In this document: piece after piece, positions 12,881 through 26,469 of the stretch
Layout of the letters: each line of letters starts with the position of its first letter
How positions within the stretch are numbered: position 1 is the stretch's first letter
Source: Prorocentrum cordatum
Lineage: Eukaryota
DNA length: 64,000 bases
Assembly (NCBI GenBank): GCA_963575745.1
Contig: CAUYUJ010000220.1
Location: 1 to 64,000 of the forward strand
Reading direction: 5' to 3'
The notes under the pieces: generated by a model
Database searches by the model: none
What the model saw: the letters and a program-made list of their open reading frames with translations, nothing else
What the model was told of the DNA's origin: nothing
Translations under genes and position numbers: made by a program

Positions 12881-14965
12881 GAACACGAACAGAAAATCTG
12901 AACCTCCCGCCCCAGGAGCCGCCAGGAAGCCACCAGAGGCACCAGAGGGAGCCGATGAAACCCCAGGAGCCCCCGAGGAGCCCCCCAGTGCGAAGACAAC
13001 AACAAGAGCCCCCCAGACGGCCCCAAAGACGAATCACAACTGTCTCCAAGATGCCCCCGAAAGGCCTCACATCAGACCACGATACCTCAAAAAACATCCA
13101 AGAAGGCTCTAACCGTAATTGTACAATCCAGGCACGGTGGCGGGATGGGCCGAGGGCCACCACCAGATATTGCTCCAGCGATCTAAATGTCGCGCGCCCG
13201 CATGTTGGACAGACAAGAGGGGGGGTACCAGAGTAGGGAATGCTGCGAAATGGAATTGACTAGGCATGCTGCGATCGAGCCCCAGCAAAACAGCTCCGGA
13301 CCGAAGTGGACACCGACGACGCCAGCTCAAATTTAGTTAGTTCAAAAATGCTCATATGCGAAACCCGTGGCGCTAGATATGGAGACTTAAAGGAATTTAA
13401 GGAACTCAAGGTGATTCAGAGGGGCTTAAAGGAATTTGAGGGAACTTACAAGGACATCGGGGAATTGAGGGAACTTATGGGGATTTAAGGGTACTTCAAG
13501 GGACTTAAGCGAACTTAAGAAAACTTATGGGGACCTAAAGGGACTTGAGGGGACTTAAGGGAACTCAAAGGGACTTCGGCGAACTTAAAGGGACTTGGAG
13601 TGATTTAGGGGGACTTCATGGCACTTGAGGGAACTTGCAGGAACTTATGGGAACTTAAGGGAACTCAGGGGGACTTCAGAGGACTCAAGAGAACTCAGGG
13701 GGACCTGAGGTGGCTGAAGGGGACTTATGGGAACTTAAGAGGACTTATTTGGATTTACAGGAATTGGATTGGAGACTTACGAGAACTCCACGACTTAAGG
13801 GCACCGAAGGAGCGACCCGAAAACGGCCCAAGAGGCCCCCAATGGGAGCCCAGAGACGGAACCACGGTAACCCCATGACGGCCCAAGAAGCGCCTGAGAT
13901 CGCCCAGGAGGACTCCGAGACGGGCCCAAGAGGGGCCCAAGCCTAACAGGGGGAGCACGAACAGAAAAAATGATCCTCCCGCCCCAGAACCCCCAGGAAG
14001 CCCCCAGATACCCTAGAGGAAATCGATGATACCCCAGGAACCCCCGCGGAGCCCCCCAGTGCGAAGAAAAAACAAGAAGCCTTTCGGCGGCCCCCAAGAC
14101 GCCTCAGAACTGCCCCCAAGATGCCCCCGAGAGGCCTCACATCAGACCACGATATCCCAAAAAAACATCCGAGGGGCTTTAACCTTTCACTCCAGGCGCG
14201 GTGGCGGGATGGGCCGAGGGCCACCAGGCATTGCTTCAGCGATATAAATGTCGCGCGCCCGCAAGTTGAACAGATTGAGAGGGTGGTACCAGACAAGCGA
14301 ATGCTGCGAAATGGAACTGAGGCACGCTGCGATCGAGCCCAGGCAAAACAGTTCTGGGCCGAAGTGGGCTCCGACGGCGCCAAATCAGTTTTAGTTAATT
14401 CAAAAATGCTCATATGCTAAACCCCTGGCGCTGTAACGGTTTATAAAGGCTCAAGTGAATTTTAAAAAAATTATCGTAACTAAAAGGAACTGAAGCGGAC
14501 TGGAATGAAAACATAAAGACTTCATGTAATTCATGGAACTGCTGGGGACTTAAGGGAACTTCAAGGGCTTGAGAGGAACTCATGGGCAATTTTCGGCGAT
14601 TAAAGGAGCTTTAGGGAAGTTAAAGGAACTTGAAGGGACATCGGGGTGTAAGGGGGACTTACGGAGACTTAAAGGGACTTAAGGGAACTTCAGAAAAATA
14701 TTCTAATTTAAAGGAACTCAAGGGCACTCAGGAGGACTTAAGGGAACTCAATGGGGAACTTATTAAAGGGATTTAAGAGGACTCAAGGAAATTTGAAGGA
14801 ACATATGGGCACTTAAGGGTGTTTAACCAGTGATTTACGCACGCTCTACGGGACTTCAAGGAAATCCAAAGAACTTGAGGGCGCCTAGGGGGGCTTAAAA
14901 GAATTTACGGGAGCTCGCGCAAACTCTTCTGGGGGCTCGGGCGACTTAAGGAAACTTAAGGGGGG
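12881..14965. repeat. Diverged tandem duplication (~1.07-kb period), each copy followed by a ~10-bp GGAACTTAAG-type minisatellite
   Basis: 12881-13374 resembles 13953-14432, both ending ttagtta.ttcaaaaatgctcatatgc.aaaccc.tggcgct; minisatellite arrays at ~13380-13800 and ~14500-14965. Confidence 0.85.
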
Positions 14966-16739
14966 GCTTACGGGGGCCCCACGCCAACCCTGCGATCTTT
15001 CCGCGCACCACCACCAGCCCATTTAGAATGAGTGCTCAAGCGAAGTGCCCTGAGCAGGGAAGAGCAGACCCTGCACTGGTTGGTGGGGCGCCTCAGAATC
15101 TCGGGCACATCTCGGGGACTACGGCAATGATTATGCCGAGAAGGCGCCCGCGGAACCTGCCGCACAGGGGGTCCATGATATTTCCTGTCGGGCGCTTTTC
15201 GGCAGCCCACAGTGCCCCCAAAAGGGCCCCAATGGTGCCTCCGAGTGGGCAGGCCTTGGAAAGCTCCAAGAATGCCTCAGGCGGACTCCAAGAGCGGCGA
15301 GAGGGCTTTACGAGGGAGCCCCGAAACCACAGAATGCAATGCAACCGTTGTGTCAAACAGCGCGCTCGTTCTGATTTTCCTGGGGCAACCTTGCAGCCCT
15401 CTTGTGGGTCTCTTCGGCTTTCATTTTTAACGTGATGAAAATGATCGGGCCACATCCATGACGCATTTGGAATGCCATCAGAGGGATTCACAGCAGGTCC
15501 ATGTAGCCTCCCGAGAAAGCCAAAGATAGCCCCCAGTAGGATCTCCGAAGCCGCGCAGTGTGACACAACCGTCGCCAATGTGCGCGCTTTGTTTGGGCCT
15601 TGTTGGGGCAATCCTTGAGTCCCTGGGAGGCCTCCTGAGCCCCCATGGGCGCTGTTTCGGATGCAATAGAAGCCCTCCCGAACCGTCGCAGAGCCCCAGG
15701 AATGCTATGCGACTTCTCTACGACAGCCCCATGGGGGCGTCGGAGGAAATGGGGGGGGGGGGCCAGGCCAGCTCTATCAATCAAGACCTGCGGACCAAGC
15801 TGGCTGGGCCACCCTCAAACCCCGCGGGGGGCTCCGAAGTGGCCAGCTTCCCCCCGGCAACCCGACAATGGTGGCGGTGGAAATTCCCCCATCTCCCCTC
15901 GACCTCCGCCCGGCCATTTCCTCGCCATTGCCATTGTGGCTCGAATCTCCGAAGTGGGCAGGTCGACCGCGGGTCGCCACAGCCAGTTATTTGAAGCAGC
16001 ACATCGCCGCCATCCTGGCGCCCGTCGCGGGCGATGCTGCCCCGTCGGCGCGGCGGGGGCAGCGGGCATCGGGACGGGAGAATGCGATGGAACCCGATGC
16101 CCTCATGGGGAAAGTCACATTGCGTGCCGTCTCGGGCTACATAAGGTCATTTCGCATCTCGCGGCGGGGTGCCCTGAGCACCGTTGCGTGCCGTCTTGGG
16201 CCGTACCCTCCCCAGGAGTCCGACCTCGACACCGCCCCAGGGAACACATAACCCCTTGATCCATTCGCGCACAGAAACCTGGCGGGAGTGTAGGGTGCCT
16301 GCCAAATGCCGAAGGGCAGTTTGCAAGGTATGGCAAGGTCGTTTGCAAGGTACTGCAAAGACTTCGCACTGACACCCGCAAGGTCAAGCATGTTTTGCAC
16401 GTTCGTTGCAAACGTCGTTGCAAGGTGTTGCACGGGGTCTCTGCAATGCCGTTGCGGAGGCATTTGCAAGGCATTGCAAGGATATGCGCAAAGTCTCGGC
16501 AGGAAGGCTTTGCACGGCATTGCAAGCTGGTCCAGGCTAGCGGGTAAGAAGAGGGACCTATACGCAGTGAGAACAACGAGCTCCAAAACCACTATATGGG
16601 GGCTGGTGGACCTGCTGAGCGCCGCGCCACCCCTCTCCCCCCAGCCCCCCCCCCCCTCCCCCGCCCCTGCACCACCACCCACCCACCCACCCACCACTAT
16701 CACTTCGCCCCCGCACCACCGCCACGCGCGCACATGCGC

Positions 16740-18430
16740 GCCAGCCGAGCCCCCGAAAACGACAAGACGTCTGCGCGGTCGGCCCCATTGGCCCCCGCTG
16801 AGCCCGCACGAACCAAATTTCGCCCACGGAATGATACCGACTGGCCCCCGTCGCGCCCGCGCGGGCCCGAGTTCGGCGCCACGGTGGCCCCCTCGGGAAA
16901 CCAGCCGACGCCGCGTGGGTCAAAAATAATCAGCGCGGCGTCCGCGGCCGCAGAATTCGCAGGGCCAGATTGGGTCCGCGCGATGGGCCGCGGCGGGCCC
17001 CATCGGACCCCGCGTGGACCCAATCCGCGCACATGGGCTCCCACCGAGCCCGTGCAACCAAACGTTAATCAGAGAGAGAGGCCCCCCCTGGGCACCCGCC
17101 GATGCCGCGCGGACCAGGCGTGGCCCGCGCGGCCGAACCCCCATGGCCCACTGGCCCCCCGCCAAGCCCGCGCGGACCAAATTTAACCCGAGCGGTGGAA
17201 CCCCACAAACCCCGACCGAGCCCGCCCGCACGAACCTGACATGGCCCGCACGGCGAGCCCCCACGGGCCGCCGCAGAGACCGCGCGGGCAGCACTTGCGC
17301 CGCGCGGTGAGCCCCTCGCGGGCCCCCGTCGAGCCCGCGCTGATTTAGTGTTGTTCGCACTGCCAGCATAATCTGATCGCAACCAAACGGGTTAGCAAGC
17401 TCGATGCAGCCAGCTTGGGCCAAAACGAAACGCATCTCGGGCGCTCTCGTGGGCCACCCATTTGGCCCGCTCAGGGGCTTTCGATCAATTCCAGGCGAGT
17501 GCCCTGCAATCAGCGGACCACCCAGGACATATGCGTTGGACATGTTTCCGCCACGGTGCCATTCCTGGGCCCTCTCGGCACCGCCCTGTACGACGTATGC
17601 GGCTGTATCTTGGCCTCCCTCGGTTACATGCAGTGCCCGAGCGACTCCTCGACGCGCCTCGATACGGGCCCGTCAAAACATATGTCAGCTTCTCTGCTCT
17701 GCCCTGGAACCCCAAGGCCATCCCGAGCAATCAATATGGGTCCCGCGTGGGGCCTTTCTAAACCGCAGGCAAAGACGAGCCTGCTCTGCCCAGACATGGC
17801 CCGCGCGGTGCACCCACCCCACCCTGCCCTGCCCCACCCCGCCCCACCACCACCAACACGCGCACCACCACCCACCCACTCACCCACATGCGCCACCGCG
17901 GAGCCCGCGCGTGCCAAATTTGGCCCGCGCGGCGGGACCCGCCACGCGGCATCCCGCCGAACCCGCGCGGACCTGATGCGGCCCGCACGCGCGGGTCCAC
18001 ACGCCCCACCCGAGCTGGCGCTGGCCTTCTTTGGCCCGCGCGGCGTTGCCCCATGAGCCCCATCGGAGCCCGCGCGGGCCGCCCCCGCGGCGGGTCACGC
18101 GGGCCCCGACGGGCCCTGGACGAGAACATCGTTTGGCCCGCTTGGTGCCCGCCCGCCCATGAGCAACCGCTGAGCCCGCGCGGACCAAATTCGCACCGCA
18201 AAAATGAATATGCGCGGGCTTTGGCCGAGCCCGCGGAAATTTGATTTAGCCGCGCGGCGGTTCCTGTGAGCATCGGCCAAGCCCGCGCGGGCCAACTTCG
18301 GTCCGTACGGTGGGTCCCATGGGGCGCCGATGAGTCCGCGCGGACCACTCCCTATTCCGCGCGGTGAGCCCCCGCGGGCCCCAGCCGAGCCCGCGCGGGC
18401 CAAATTTGGTCTGCGCGGCTTGCCCCTCCC
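16740..18430. repeat. Degenerate array of GAGCCCGCGCGG..CCAAATTTGGCCCGCGC motifs
   Basis: The motif recurs many times; block ~16620-16760 resembles ~17800-17920. Confidence 0.7.
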
Positions 18431-18732
18431 CACCCCTCCCCCCCCACCCCGCCCCGCGCGCTCCAGCCGACCCCTGCGGGGGCCAAAATTGCCTCGGGCG
18501 GTGGTCCCCCTGGACCCTGGTGTCGCGCAGCGGTCGCGGCCACGTTGGAAACGCGGGCCCGCTCGCGCGCTGACGCAGGGGTCCATCGGGCCCCCGACAG
18601 CGCTCGCCCACAGTGCGGGTGCGATGATATCCGCGGCGGGTTTCCATGCCGCGGCTCACCGACTTGCCCTCGGGCCGATGGGGGAGGGTGGATGGTGGGA
18701 GGTGGGGGCGGGCGGTGGTGGTGGTGGTGTGT

Positions 18733-18766
<34 letters not shown>

Positions 18767-19164
18767 ATGGGGGGGGGGGGGGGGGGGCGGGGGGAAGGGG
18801 GCGAAGAGATTTTGGGTGGAAGGGGGGTGCGCCCCGCGCAGCGCTCAAGGCTGCGCCCCGCTTTAAGCCGCCAAGCGTAATCGGCCCCGAGGCCCGCTAG
18901 GCCGCCATTGTCGCGGTGTGACGGGGCGCAGCAGCGTCCGATGCGCAGCCCTCATCGCTTGAATCGGGGGCCCGACGCAAGCACGCGGGCTGGTTGACGG
19001 CCCGCGGCCGCGGGCCCGCGGCCCCCTCTGCGCCCACGTGCCTCCCATCGCGGCTTATGCGGCAGATGCGCAGCTGGCGCGGGTCGCGCTCGGCGCCAAA
19101 TCAAATCCACAGCTGCCAATGGCCGCGCTTACAGAATATGGCAACGGGGCAGGTGGTCGGGGGG

Positions 19165-19760
19165 TACTTTGCAAAATTCTCGACGCGGCGGGGAGAGGGG
19201 GGGTACTTTGCAAAATTTCGGACGCGGTGGGGGGTACCGGGTACTTTGCAAAATTCCGGACCGCTTCACACGCCTGGAATGCGTTTAAAATGTCTTTAAA
19301 ATGTGTTTAAAATGTTTTTAAAATGTCTTTAGAACGTTTCAAAATGTCTTCAAAATGTGTTTCAAATGTCGCGGCTTCGTTTTCGAACGGGACATGGTGT
19401 CTTGAAAACGCGGTTAATGTGATGTCTGGATGTGTTTCAAGAGCTTGAACGAGTTTACAAACTACAAACCGCTTCGCGAAACTCGCATGTGAGCACGTGT
19501 TGTGAAAGAGTATCAAACAGCTCCATGGCATATTGAAAGAGCACGCCACGGGGCGCGCGGACCCGCTGGTGACATTTCTAGCATTCGCTGGTGCATGTTT
19601 GAAATGTCAACCGAAATCGTCGCGACATTTCAAAATGATTTCAAAATGGCTCGGGGCATTTCAAAACCATTTCAAAATGTTTTCAAAATGTTTTCAAAAT
19701 GTCACGACGCACGGAAGCAATTTCTTCAAATGTCGGTTGCCCTTTTTCAAAATGTCTTGC
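19165..19760. repeat. AT-rich TTT(T)CAAAATG short-period array
   Basis: gggtactttgcaaaatt occurs three times, followed by repeated ttcaaaatgt motifs. Confidence 0.75.
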
Positions 19761-21992
19761 GGCTCGCGAGAAATGTCGTCGGGCGTTCCGCATGATGTCG
19801 GCGGCACCCTCTCTCGGGTGCAAGCTGGTCGTTCCGCTCGCTCGCCGCGTCCGCCCGCCGCGCGCACTCGGCCCTCCACCGCGCGCACTGAGGCCTCCGA
19901 CCACACGCGCGGCACGCTGTCCGCATCTATTTCTGCTCGCGCCCTGCTGCACCCCAAGCAGACTTAACGACAGGCGACGCGCCCCTCGCGCGACAGCGAC
20001 AACCGAGAAAGGAAGCAGGACTGAGAGCGGCCGCAGGCGGCCCGCGCACCAGAGCACGCGCGCTCTCGGGGATGTTATGGGGCATTGTCGCGCTACTGGG
20101 CCAAGCGGCAGCAAAAGGGCAATGGGAACCGAGACTACATCGATAAGATTCGATTGCGCGCGAGAACGCCCCGAGATTGTGCGCGCAATGGCGTCTGGTT
20201 TCGGGCGCTTGGATTAGCGCGTCGGCGTGTCGGCGTTCAGGGTTAAAAGCAAAAGGAGTGCGATGATGTTAAAAATTCAAAAATCATGCTGCCAGTGGCC
20301 AGTGCCTGGGCCATGGCTGAGGCCACGGTTAAAATAACGGTTAAGGGTCAGCGGATGGTGGTGCATAAGATTAAGTGTCTGGGGCAATGTTCCGGGCGCA
20401 AAGTTACGGGCGCGGGGCGGCGCGGAGGGCGCGGTCGCGAATCTTAGGGTTATTTATAGCGCTCGGACATTCGGATAACCACAGCCAGCCCTAAAGGCGT
20501 GACGTTGTTTAGGGCCCTGGGCCTTCAAACTTCCGACGCGTCCATGTCCCCGCCCTCTCCCCATGGACCTCCTGCTAGCGATGCCTTGCATAGCAGCCCC
20601 GCACAGTCCGTGCAAAAAAAACATTGGCATGCAATGCAGAGGCCCATGCAACGATCCCGCAAACACCCCTGCAATGACCTGCAATACCGCTGCAACGGCC
20701 CTGCAAGGACCCCTGCAATACCATGCAAAAACTAATGCGAAGACTTTGCAGTGCCGCGCAAACAACCCTCACCGCCCACGCCAACGGGCCCCGAGAGCCC
20801 CCGAGGGCACAAATGCTGCCCCGAGAATGCAAAAACCAACTGCACCATGTAACACAAAGGTCGTCCCACCCTGCGTGGTTCCGTAGATCCTCTTGGAGCA
20901 TTCTTGGGCCCTCTTGGAATCACCCTGGTGCCCTCTCGGAGCGCCCCCATTGCCATATTGGAGCCCCCATGCGAACCCGTCTGGTGGGACGGGGCAAGAA
21001 GCCCGCGAGAACAAACAAAACAAAACAAAATTTGTCCAGAAGCCCTTCGTGGCAAGCTCCGACGGTGGCGCCCTCCCAGGCACCTCTCGGGGCCTCACAA
21101 TGGGCCCAATATACCTCAAGGCGTGACCCCAGTGCGAGATTTGCATTCCCCTTGTCAATGAAACCCACCTGGGCGTCCTCTCTGGATGGGCGGGCGGGGA
21201 CACGCGAAGCGTTAAGAAAATCATGTGCGACGCATTGGCCTCGGGCCCCAGGATTCGGAAGCGATGGGCACGGCGCCACAAGTCGGGTCGTGCATTGAAG
21301 GCTCGAACTGCGCCATGCGACGATATATTATATATAGTTGTGTGTTCCCGCCCCGCTGCGTTGCCACGTCGATCAGAGGGTGGCGGAAAGGATGATAAGG
21401 ATGGCTAGGACGCGGAGGTGGGAATTGCGGCATTGACGGTGCGCAACCGCCCCACCCTCCATCGCACCCCCACGTGCCCTCCATCCAACCACGCACTTTC
21501 ACGGCCAACTCGATCTCGCCAACCGCTCCTCCCCCTCTCCCGCCCAACCGCCACGGCGGCGCCCTCCCCCAGGGCGGAGCTCGTCCGCGCGGGGAGGTGG
21601 ACAAGCGAAACGCCGAAGTGGAGAAGGATGCAACTATCCTGGGAACCAGCGGGAACTCTCAAGTGCGGCATTGTCGCAAGCCGTGCGGCACCAACTCACG
21701 ACAGCAGCGAACGCGCGATCGCCGCCGAAACGGCGGCGGGCCTACAATGAACTGGGGCCTAACTGCCCAGGGCCGTGCAGCGAGAGACTATGCTCAATCC
21801 CACTGCCGAGTGGCAAAATGCCACCCCCTCCACCCCGCGCCATATCCACTCCTTCCCCTTTGTCATCCTCGTCCGTGCCCAAGTTTATCTTGCCCCCCTT
21901 CCCAGCGTCGTGTCGTCATCCGAACTTCCCTCGCTCATTGCCCCCTCCCCCCCGCGCCCGCGGCTGGCGGGTCCGAGTCGGAATCGGGGCCG

Positions 21993-22667
21993 CTAGGGCG
22001 GGCACACATCTGGCTCGGAATTCTCGTCGCCCTCTTTCGGGCGCTCGCGCCCCAACAGGCGCCTCCCCATAACAGTCAGCTTCAAATCCTTTCGGACGGC
22101 TCTGCGCTGATCGGGCGACGGGGTAAACTTCAAATGTGAATGCTGGCATTTCTCGTCAACGCCGTGGATGCACCATGCAACCGCAGCGGCAGCGCTGCGG
22201 CCCTGCTCAGGGTGACTCAACATGCGGTGGCCCTTAGGCTTCGCAGTTGTGAAAGTTTTCCTGCACTTGCACCCGTGCTTGATTTTATTAGGGCAAGTGA
22301 TCTCAAACTTATTCATGTTCGGATAATGTAAAACCTTCCCGCCGCCAGGGACCATGAAAGTAAGGGTGCCACCAGGGTCGGCCTCGTCGGGCACGCCTGG
22401 AGGCGCCGCTGGCGGAACTGGTTCCAGAGGCGGGGGGGCGGCTGCAGGCGGGGGCTCGCCTGCGGGGTGGCCAGGGGCAGGGGGCGCCTCAGGCTCAGGA
22501 CCGGGCGGTTCATCTCCGCCTGCGTCGACAGCAGCCGCCGCCAACTCATCCGAGCCGTCGTCGCCTCCAAGCGCGAACGGGTCCACGACCTCCCCGTCCG
22601 AGCCCTCGCCCTCGGGCGCTGCCTCCTCGGCGCCAAATGCGCCCGCGCCCTCGCCCAGCACCTCGTC
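21993..22667 (-). CDS. Gene B last exon: acidic/Pro linker plus Cys/His-rich C-terminal domain
   Basis: Acceptor ccgcag|GAC; GKVLHY...FEITC...HGCKC...QGR...AWC...H...ERP...EPDVCPP* is clearly protein-like. Confidence 0.7.
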   Translation of the reverse strand, partial: DEVLGEGAGAFGAEEAAPEGEGSDGEVVDPFALGGDDGSDELAAAAVDAGGDEPPGPEPEAPPAPGHPAGEPPPAAAPPPLEPVPPAAPPGVPDEADPGGTLTFMVPGGGKVLHYPNMNKFEITCPNKIKHGCKCRKTFTTAKPKGHRMLSHPEQGRSAAAAVAWCIHGVDEKCQHSHLKFTPSPDQRRAVRKDLKLTVMGRRLLGRERPKEGDENSEPDVCPP

Positions 22668-23380
22668 CTGCGGAGACGCGCGCGCACGCCCGACAGGCCA
22701 GGGGAGCGGAGGCAGTGGGATCGGGCCCCAGGGCACGCCAGAACGGGACAGCCAGACATTTATCAAGCGGTGAACTGGCATTGTGGAAGAAGAGGGGGGC
22801 GGTGGAATGCGGCGGACACGACATGCACGGCGGTGCGACGACATGCGCGGAGGGGGGAGGGGCGAAGATGACAGACGCGAACTGGAAAAGAGGATGGCGA
22901 GGAGGGGTGGCAAAGGGGATGCGACGATGTTGGGGGGGGGCGGTGCATAATGTTGCAACCTGCGTCTCAACGCAACGAGCGCAGGGGCAGGGTGCACGGA
23001 GAGAAGGGGTAGGGAAGGGGAGGCGAGGACGAGCAAGGATATGAGGAAGAGCACGCATAAACTGAATCACGAGCTCGTCGTCGCGGCGGCCGCCGCCCTC
23101 AGATTCCTCGTCCTCGTCCCCGCCCCCATGCTTGCCCATCACACACACGCGCACGCCCTCATTCACCCTCCGACCACTCTCCTCTTCCCCCTGTGAACCC
23201 CCTGCGCCCGCACGGCGTGAATCGCGCATTGAGTTTACGCCGTGAAATGGCGGATCAGTTTGCGAGAGTGGGGGGAATGAAACCGAAGCACCGCATGACA
23301 CCCCCCACACACACGCGCACACACGTTCCCAGGAACTGGAAATGCCGTGCCATGTTCACACTGTTCGGTTGCCCCTGGTC

Positions 23381-23887
23381 CAGCGCGGCGCCGAAAGCCG
23401 CGGGCCCCATCACGTCGTCGACGGGCTCGCCGTGGCCGTCGGCCCCCTCGGCGCCGTCGGCGAATGCCTCTGGCACAGCCTGGTCCTGGTCGTACTCGGC
23501 ATCGGCACCCGCCTCGACGTCTGCCCCTCCGCCGTCCTCGAGCGGAAGGGGGTCATCAGCGCCGTCTCCTCCGCCGCCTTCAACGCCAGGCTCGGCATGG
23601 CGACCCCGACCACGCCCTCGAGCCGCTCGCCCGCGGCCGCGGCCCCGCCCACGGCCCCTCGCCCCTCCGCCGGGCCCGCCGCCGTGACCGCCGCCGCGGC
23701 GACGCGTCACCAAAGGAAACAATTGCTGCATGCTCATCTCGGGGCGCGCTCGAACGAGCACGAGGTCAGGGCGCATCTGCGCGATCTCCCTCGAGTGCGT
23801 CTGCATCTCGTATACGTCAATGTTGCACACCATGACCCTGGGGACGCGCTGCAACATCTGGTACGCATTCTCCCACGCGCCAGAAGC
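23381..23887 (-). CDS. Gene B exon 3 (ASGAWENAYQML...)
   Basis: Acceptor ccccag|GCT, in frame with exon 2 ending CAG|GC; 3' boundary approximate (23375-23381). Confidence 0.6.
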
Positions 23888-24867
23888 CTGGGGGAGGGCG
23901 ATCGAGCGCGGAATGGCACGGACGGGGTGCATAGCATTGAGCATGGGAACTTGGGCGTACCAAGCCAGGCGCGTGAGTACGCATGTGCTGGCAATACCCG
24001 CGCTAGGCCCGAAGAGCAAATAAGGGGGAGGGCGTTACTAAATCGCAAGTGGCACTGATGTGGCCCCAGGGCGGCACCAAGAAGGGCCCAGGAGGGGGAA
24101 CACGACCCGACAATTCGAACCTCCCGCCCCAAGTCCCCAGAAAGCCACACGAGGCCTCGAGGAGAGACCAGGCCCATAAGGCCACCGAGATCCCACAACC
24201 CCCAAGAGGCCACCGAGCAATCCGAAAAGAAACATCAAAGCGGCCCCAAGAGGCCTCAAACCTGTCTCCAAGAAGCCACAAAGAGGCTTCCCACGGTGTC
24301 GCGATATGCCAACGAACCTCAAGGAGTCCTCTCTAACCCACAGTCCAAGCATGGCGGCGGGAGGTGCCGAAGGCCATTATATAACGTGGTATGTTGGTGT
24401 TTGTTTCGGCGCCTGCCTTTGACATGCCCTATGTCGCGGCGCCCGTGTAATGTTCTACTCGGACAGATCGTGGATTTTATTTCGACGGCTTTCCTGACGG
24501 GAGGTCTGGAGCTCAGGGGGCAAGTTGAGCTGCAACTCGAAAGGCAAAGCTAAGCTGCCGTTGCCCTCTACTACAACGCGCACCTCAAAGAAAACGCAAG
24601 CGAGCGTGGCTCAGCGCCCAAGAGGGCTCGCCAGCATTGCGGCGGGAGCGAAGTCACGTACAGACGGGTCGCGGCCCATAAGCAGTGCAAGTTCAAAAAT
24701 TCCATGGGTCCTCCTCCTCATCCTCAGCCGTATCATACCCCTTGTCCTCCCCACCTCTCACTCTTCATCCCCCTTATCCCACTTGCCATCCTCCTCCTCA
24801 GGGCCCACGGCAGAGGCGTTGCCCGCAAACTCAAAGGCGCGTCGATAACGCGCCCGAGAGAAGCTGC

Positions 24868-25473
24868 CTACTCACTGTCGCTGGACTCCCAGTCCTCATG
24901 CACCTTGAACGTGATTGAGTATTTCTTCTCGCGGTTCCTGAAGCTGTTGGACGCCCGCCCCTGCGGGTGACTAGAGTGGCTCTGGACCATGCTGTAGAAC
25001 GCGTTCGTCGTGATGAGAGGCGGCATCGTCTCCAAGGAGTTGTACTCGAACTTCTGCTCGTAGGTCCTGCGGCGCTTCGGGTTCCTGGCGGTGACGACGG
25101 GCGGCGCAGCTCCTGAGGGGGCCGCGTCTCCATCCGAGGGTGGCTCCGACGGCGCCGCCGCATCGTGGCGACTTGCTGCCGACGGGGGCGGCTCCTGCGG
25201 CGAAGGCGGCGAAGGCGCCGTCGCTGCTGACGCGTCGTCGGCAGACGCCTGCTCAAGGGCGCTGCGGTCGACGGCCTGTGGCGGGATCGAGTCGCCGACG
25301 TAGATGGGTAGCGTGGGCGTACCCGTCCACAAGTCACCGACGCCGAACTCCTGGGGCAGATCGGGCCCCGCGTGCATCCTCTCTGCACGGGCCCTCGCCC
25401 CCCGTTCGTCACCGACGCCTGGGGTCACTGCCTCTGGTGGCACACCAGCGGGCGGCTCGGCCGTGCCAGCCAT
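24868..25473 (-). CDS. Hypothetical ~200-aa ORF or exon nested in a gene B intron
   Basis: Pro/Ala-rich N-terminus, then a complex tail RNPKRRRTYEQKFEYNSLETMPPLITTNAFYSMV...DWESSDSE*; GC3 bias. Confidence 0.5.
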   Translation of the reverse strand: MAGTAEPPAGVPPEAVTPGVGDERGARARAERMHAGPDLPQEFGVGDLWTGTPTLPIYVGDSIPPQAVDRSALEQASADDASAATAPSPPSPQEPPPSAASRHDAAAPSEPPSDGDAAPSGAAPPVVTARNPKRRRTYEQKFEYNSLETMPPLITTNAFYSMVQSHSSHPQGRASNSFRNREKKYSITFKVHEDWESSDSE

Positions 25474-26469
25474 CCGCACAGACGGGGAGGTACGCTAAAT
25501 CGATCGATGGCTAGCTCGAGCGAGAACGGCTACGGAGGAGCCGAGGGGGCGCGGCCAAGCGGGGGGGGGGGGCGGACAAGGGATCATGAGATGGAGGGGG
25601 CGAGTGGCAGAGCAAGCCGCGAGGCCCGCGGAAGGCCAACGGCCTCGTGGAGGCCATCGCACCCATGCCAAACCAGCGAGCACTGCTGCCCCCCCCTCCC
25701 CGCCACGCACACACACGCACGCATCTCGTTGGGTTCCTCGCGCCCCCGATGGCGAGCGGCGCTGGCGACCAGAGCACTTCGGCTACATTGCACGCATGGG
25801 ATCCCAAACAGCAAATCAGACGGCAGACAGACGTCGCGGGGCATGGCAAATGCAACATTACATAGACGCGAGTCTGTCCGAACCTGGTAGTGATAGAGTT
25901 GACGGTGGCTCTGGTGGAGATGATTGCGGTATTGGGCACGGATGGTGGTGGTGGTGACGCCGACGTTGATGGTGATGATGGCGATACTTGCGTTGCTGGC
26001 GATGCCGATGACGGTGATGCCTACGATGGTGATGTTAATGATAACGGTTATAACGGCGATGGTGGTGGCGACGATGATGGTAGCGGTGATGATCGGGGCC
26101 CTCTCCGACCCCCGCGCGAAACCACTGGCCACCCGCCCCCGAGCCCCGCGGGGGCGCCAAGGAAACATCGGGCGGCCCGCCAAGGCGCCGCACGACTGGG
26201 GGGCGAGGGGAAGGGGAAGGGAAACAAATGGGAAAGATATAGAGAGACGGCCTCCTCAACCTCCTCCTTTTCATCCGTGCAGAACCGTTGCCCGCCGCCC
26301 CTCAGGAGCGGGCTGGGCTGCGGCTGCGGTCGCGCAGGCGGCCCAGCGACTGGGGGGGGGGGGGGGCACCCGACCACGCGCGCGCGCGCGCCGCTCGTCG
26401 GCCCAGGGCGCGCGTGGGAACGCGTCCTGGGGCGACGACCAGCGCGGGTGTGCAAGTGGCATGCGCCCC

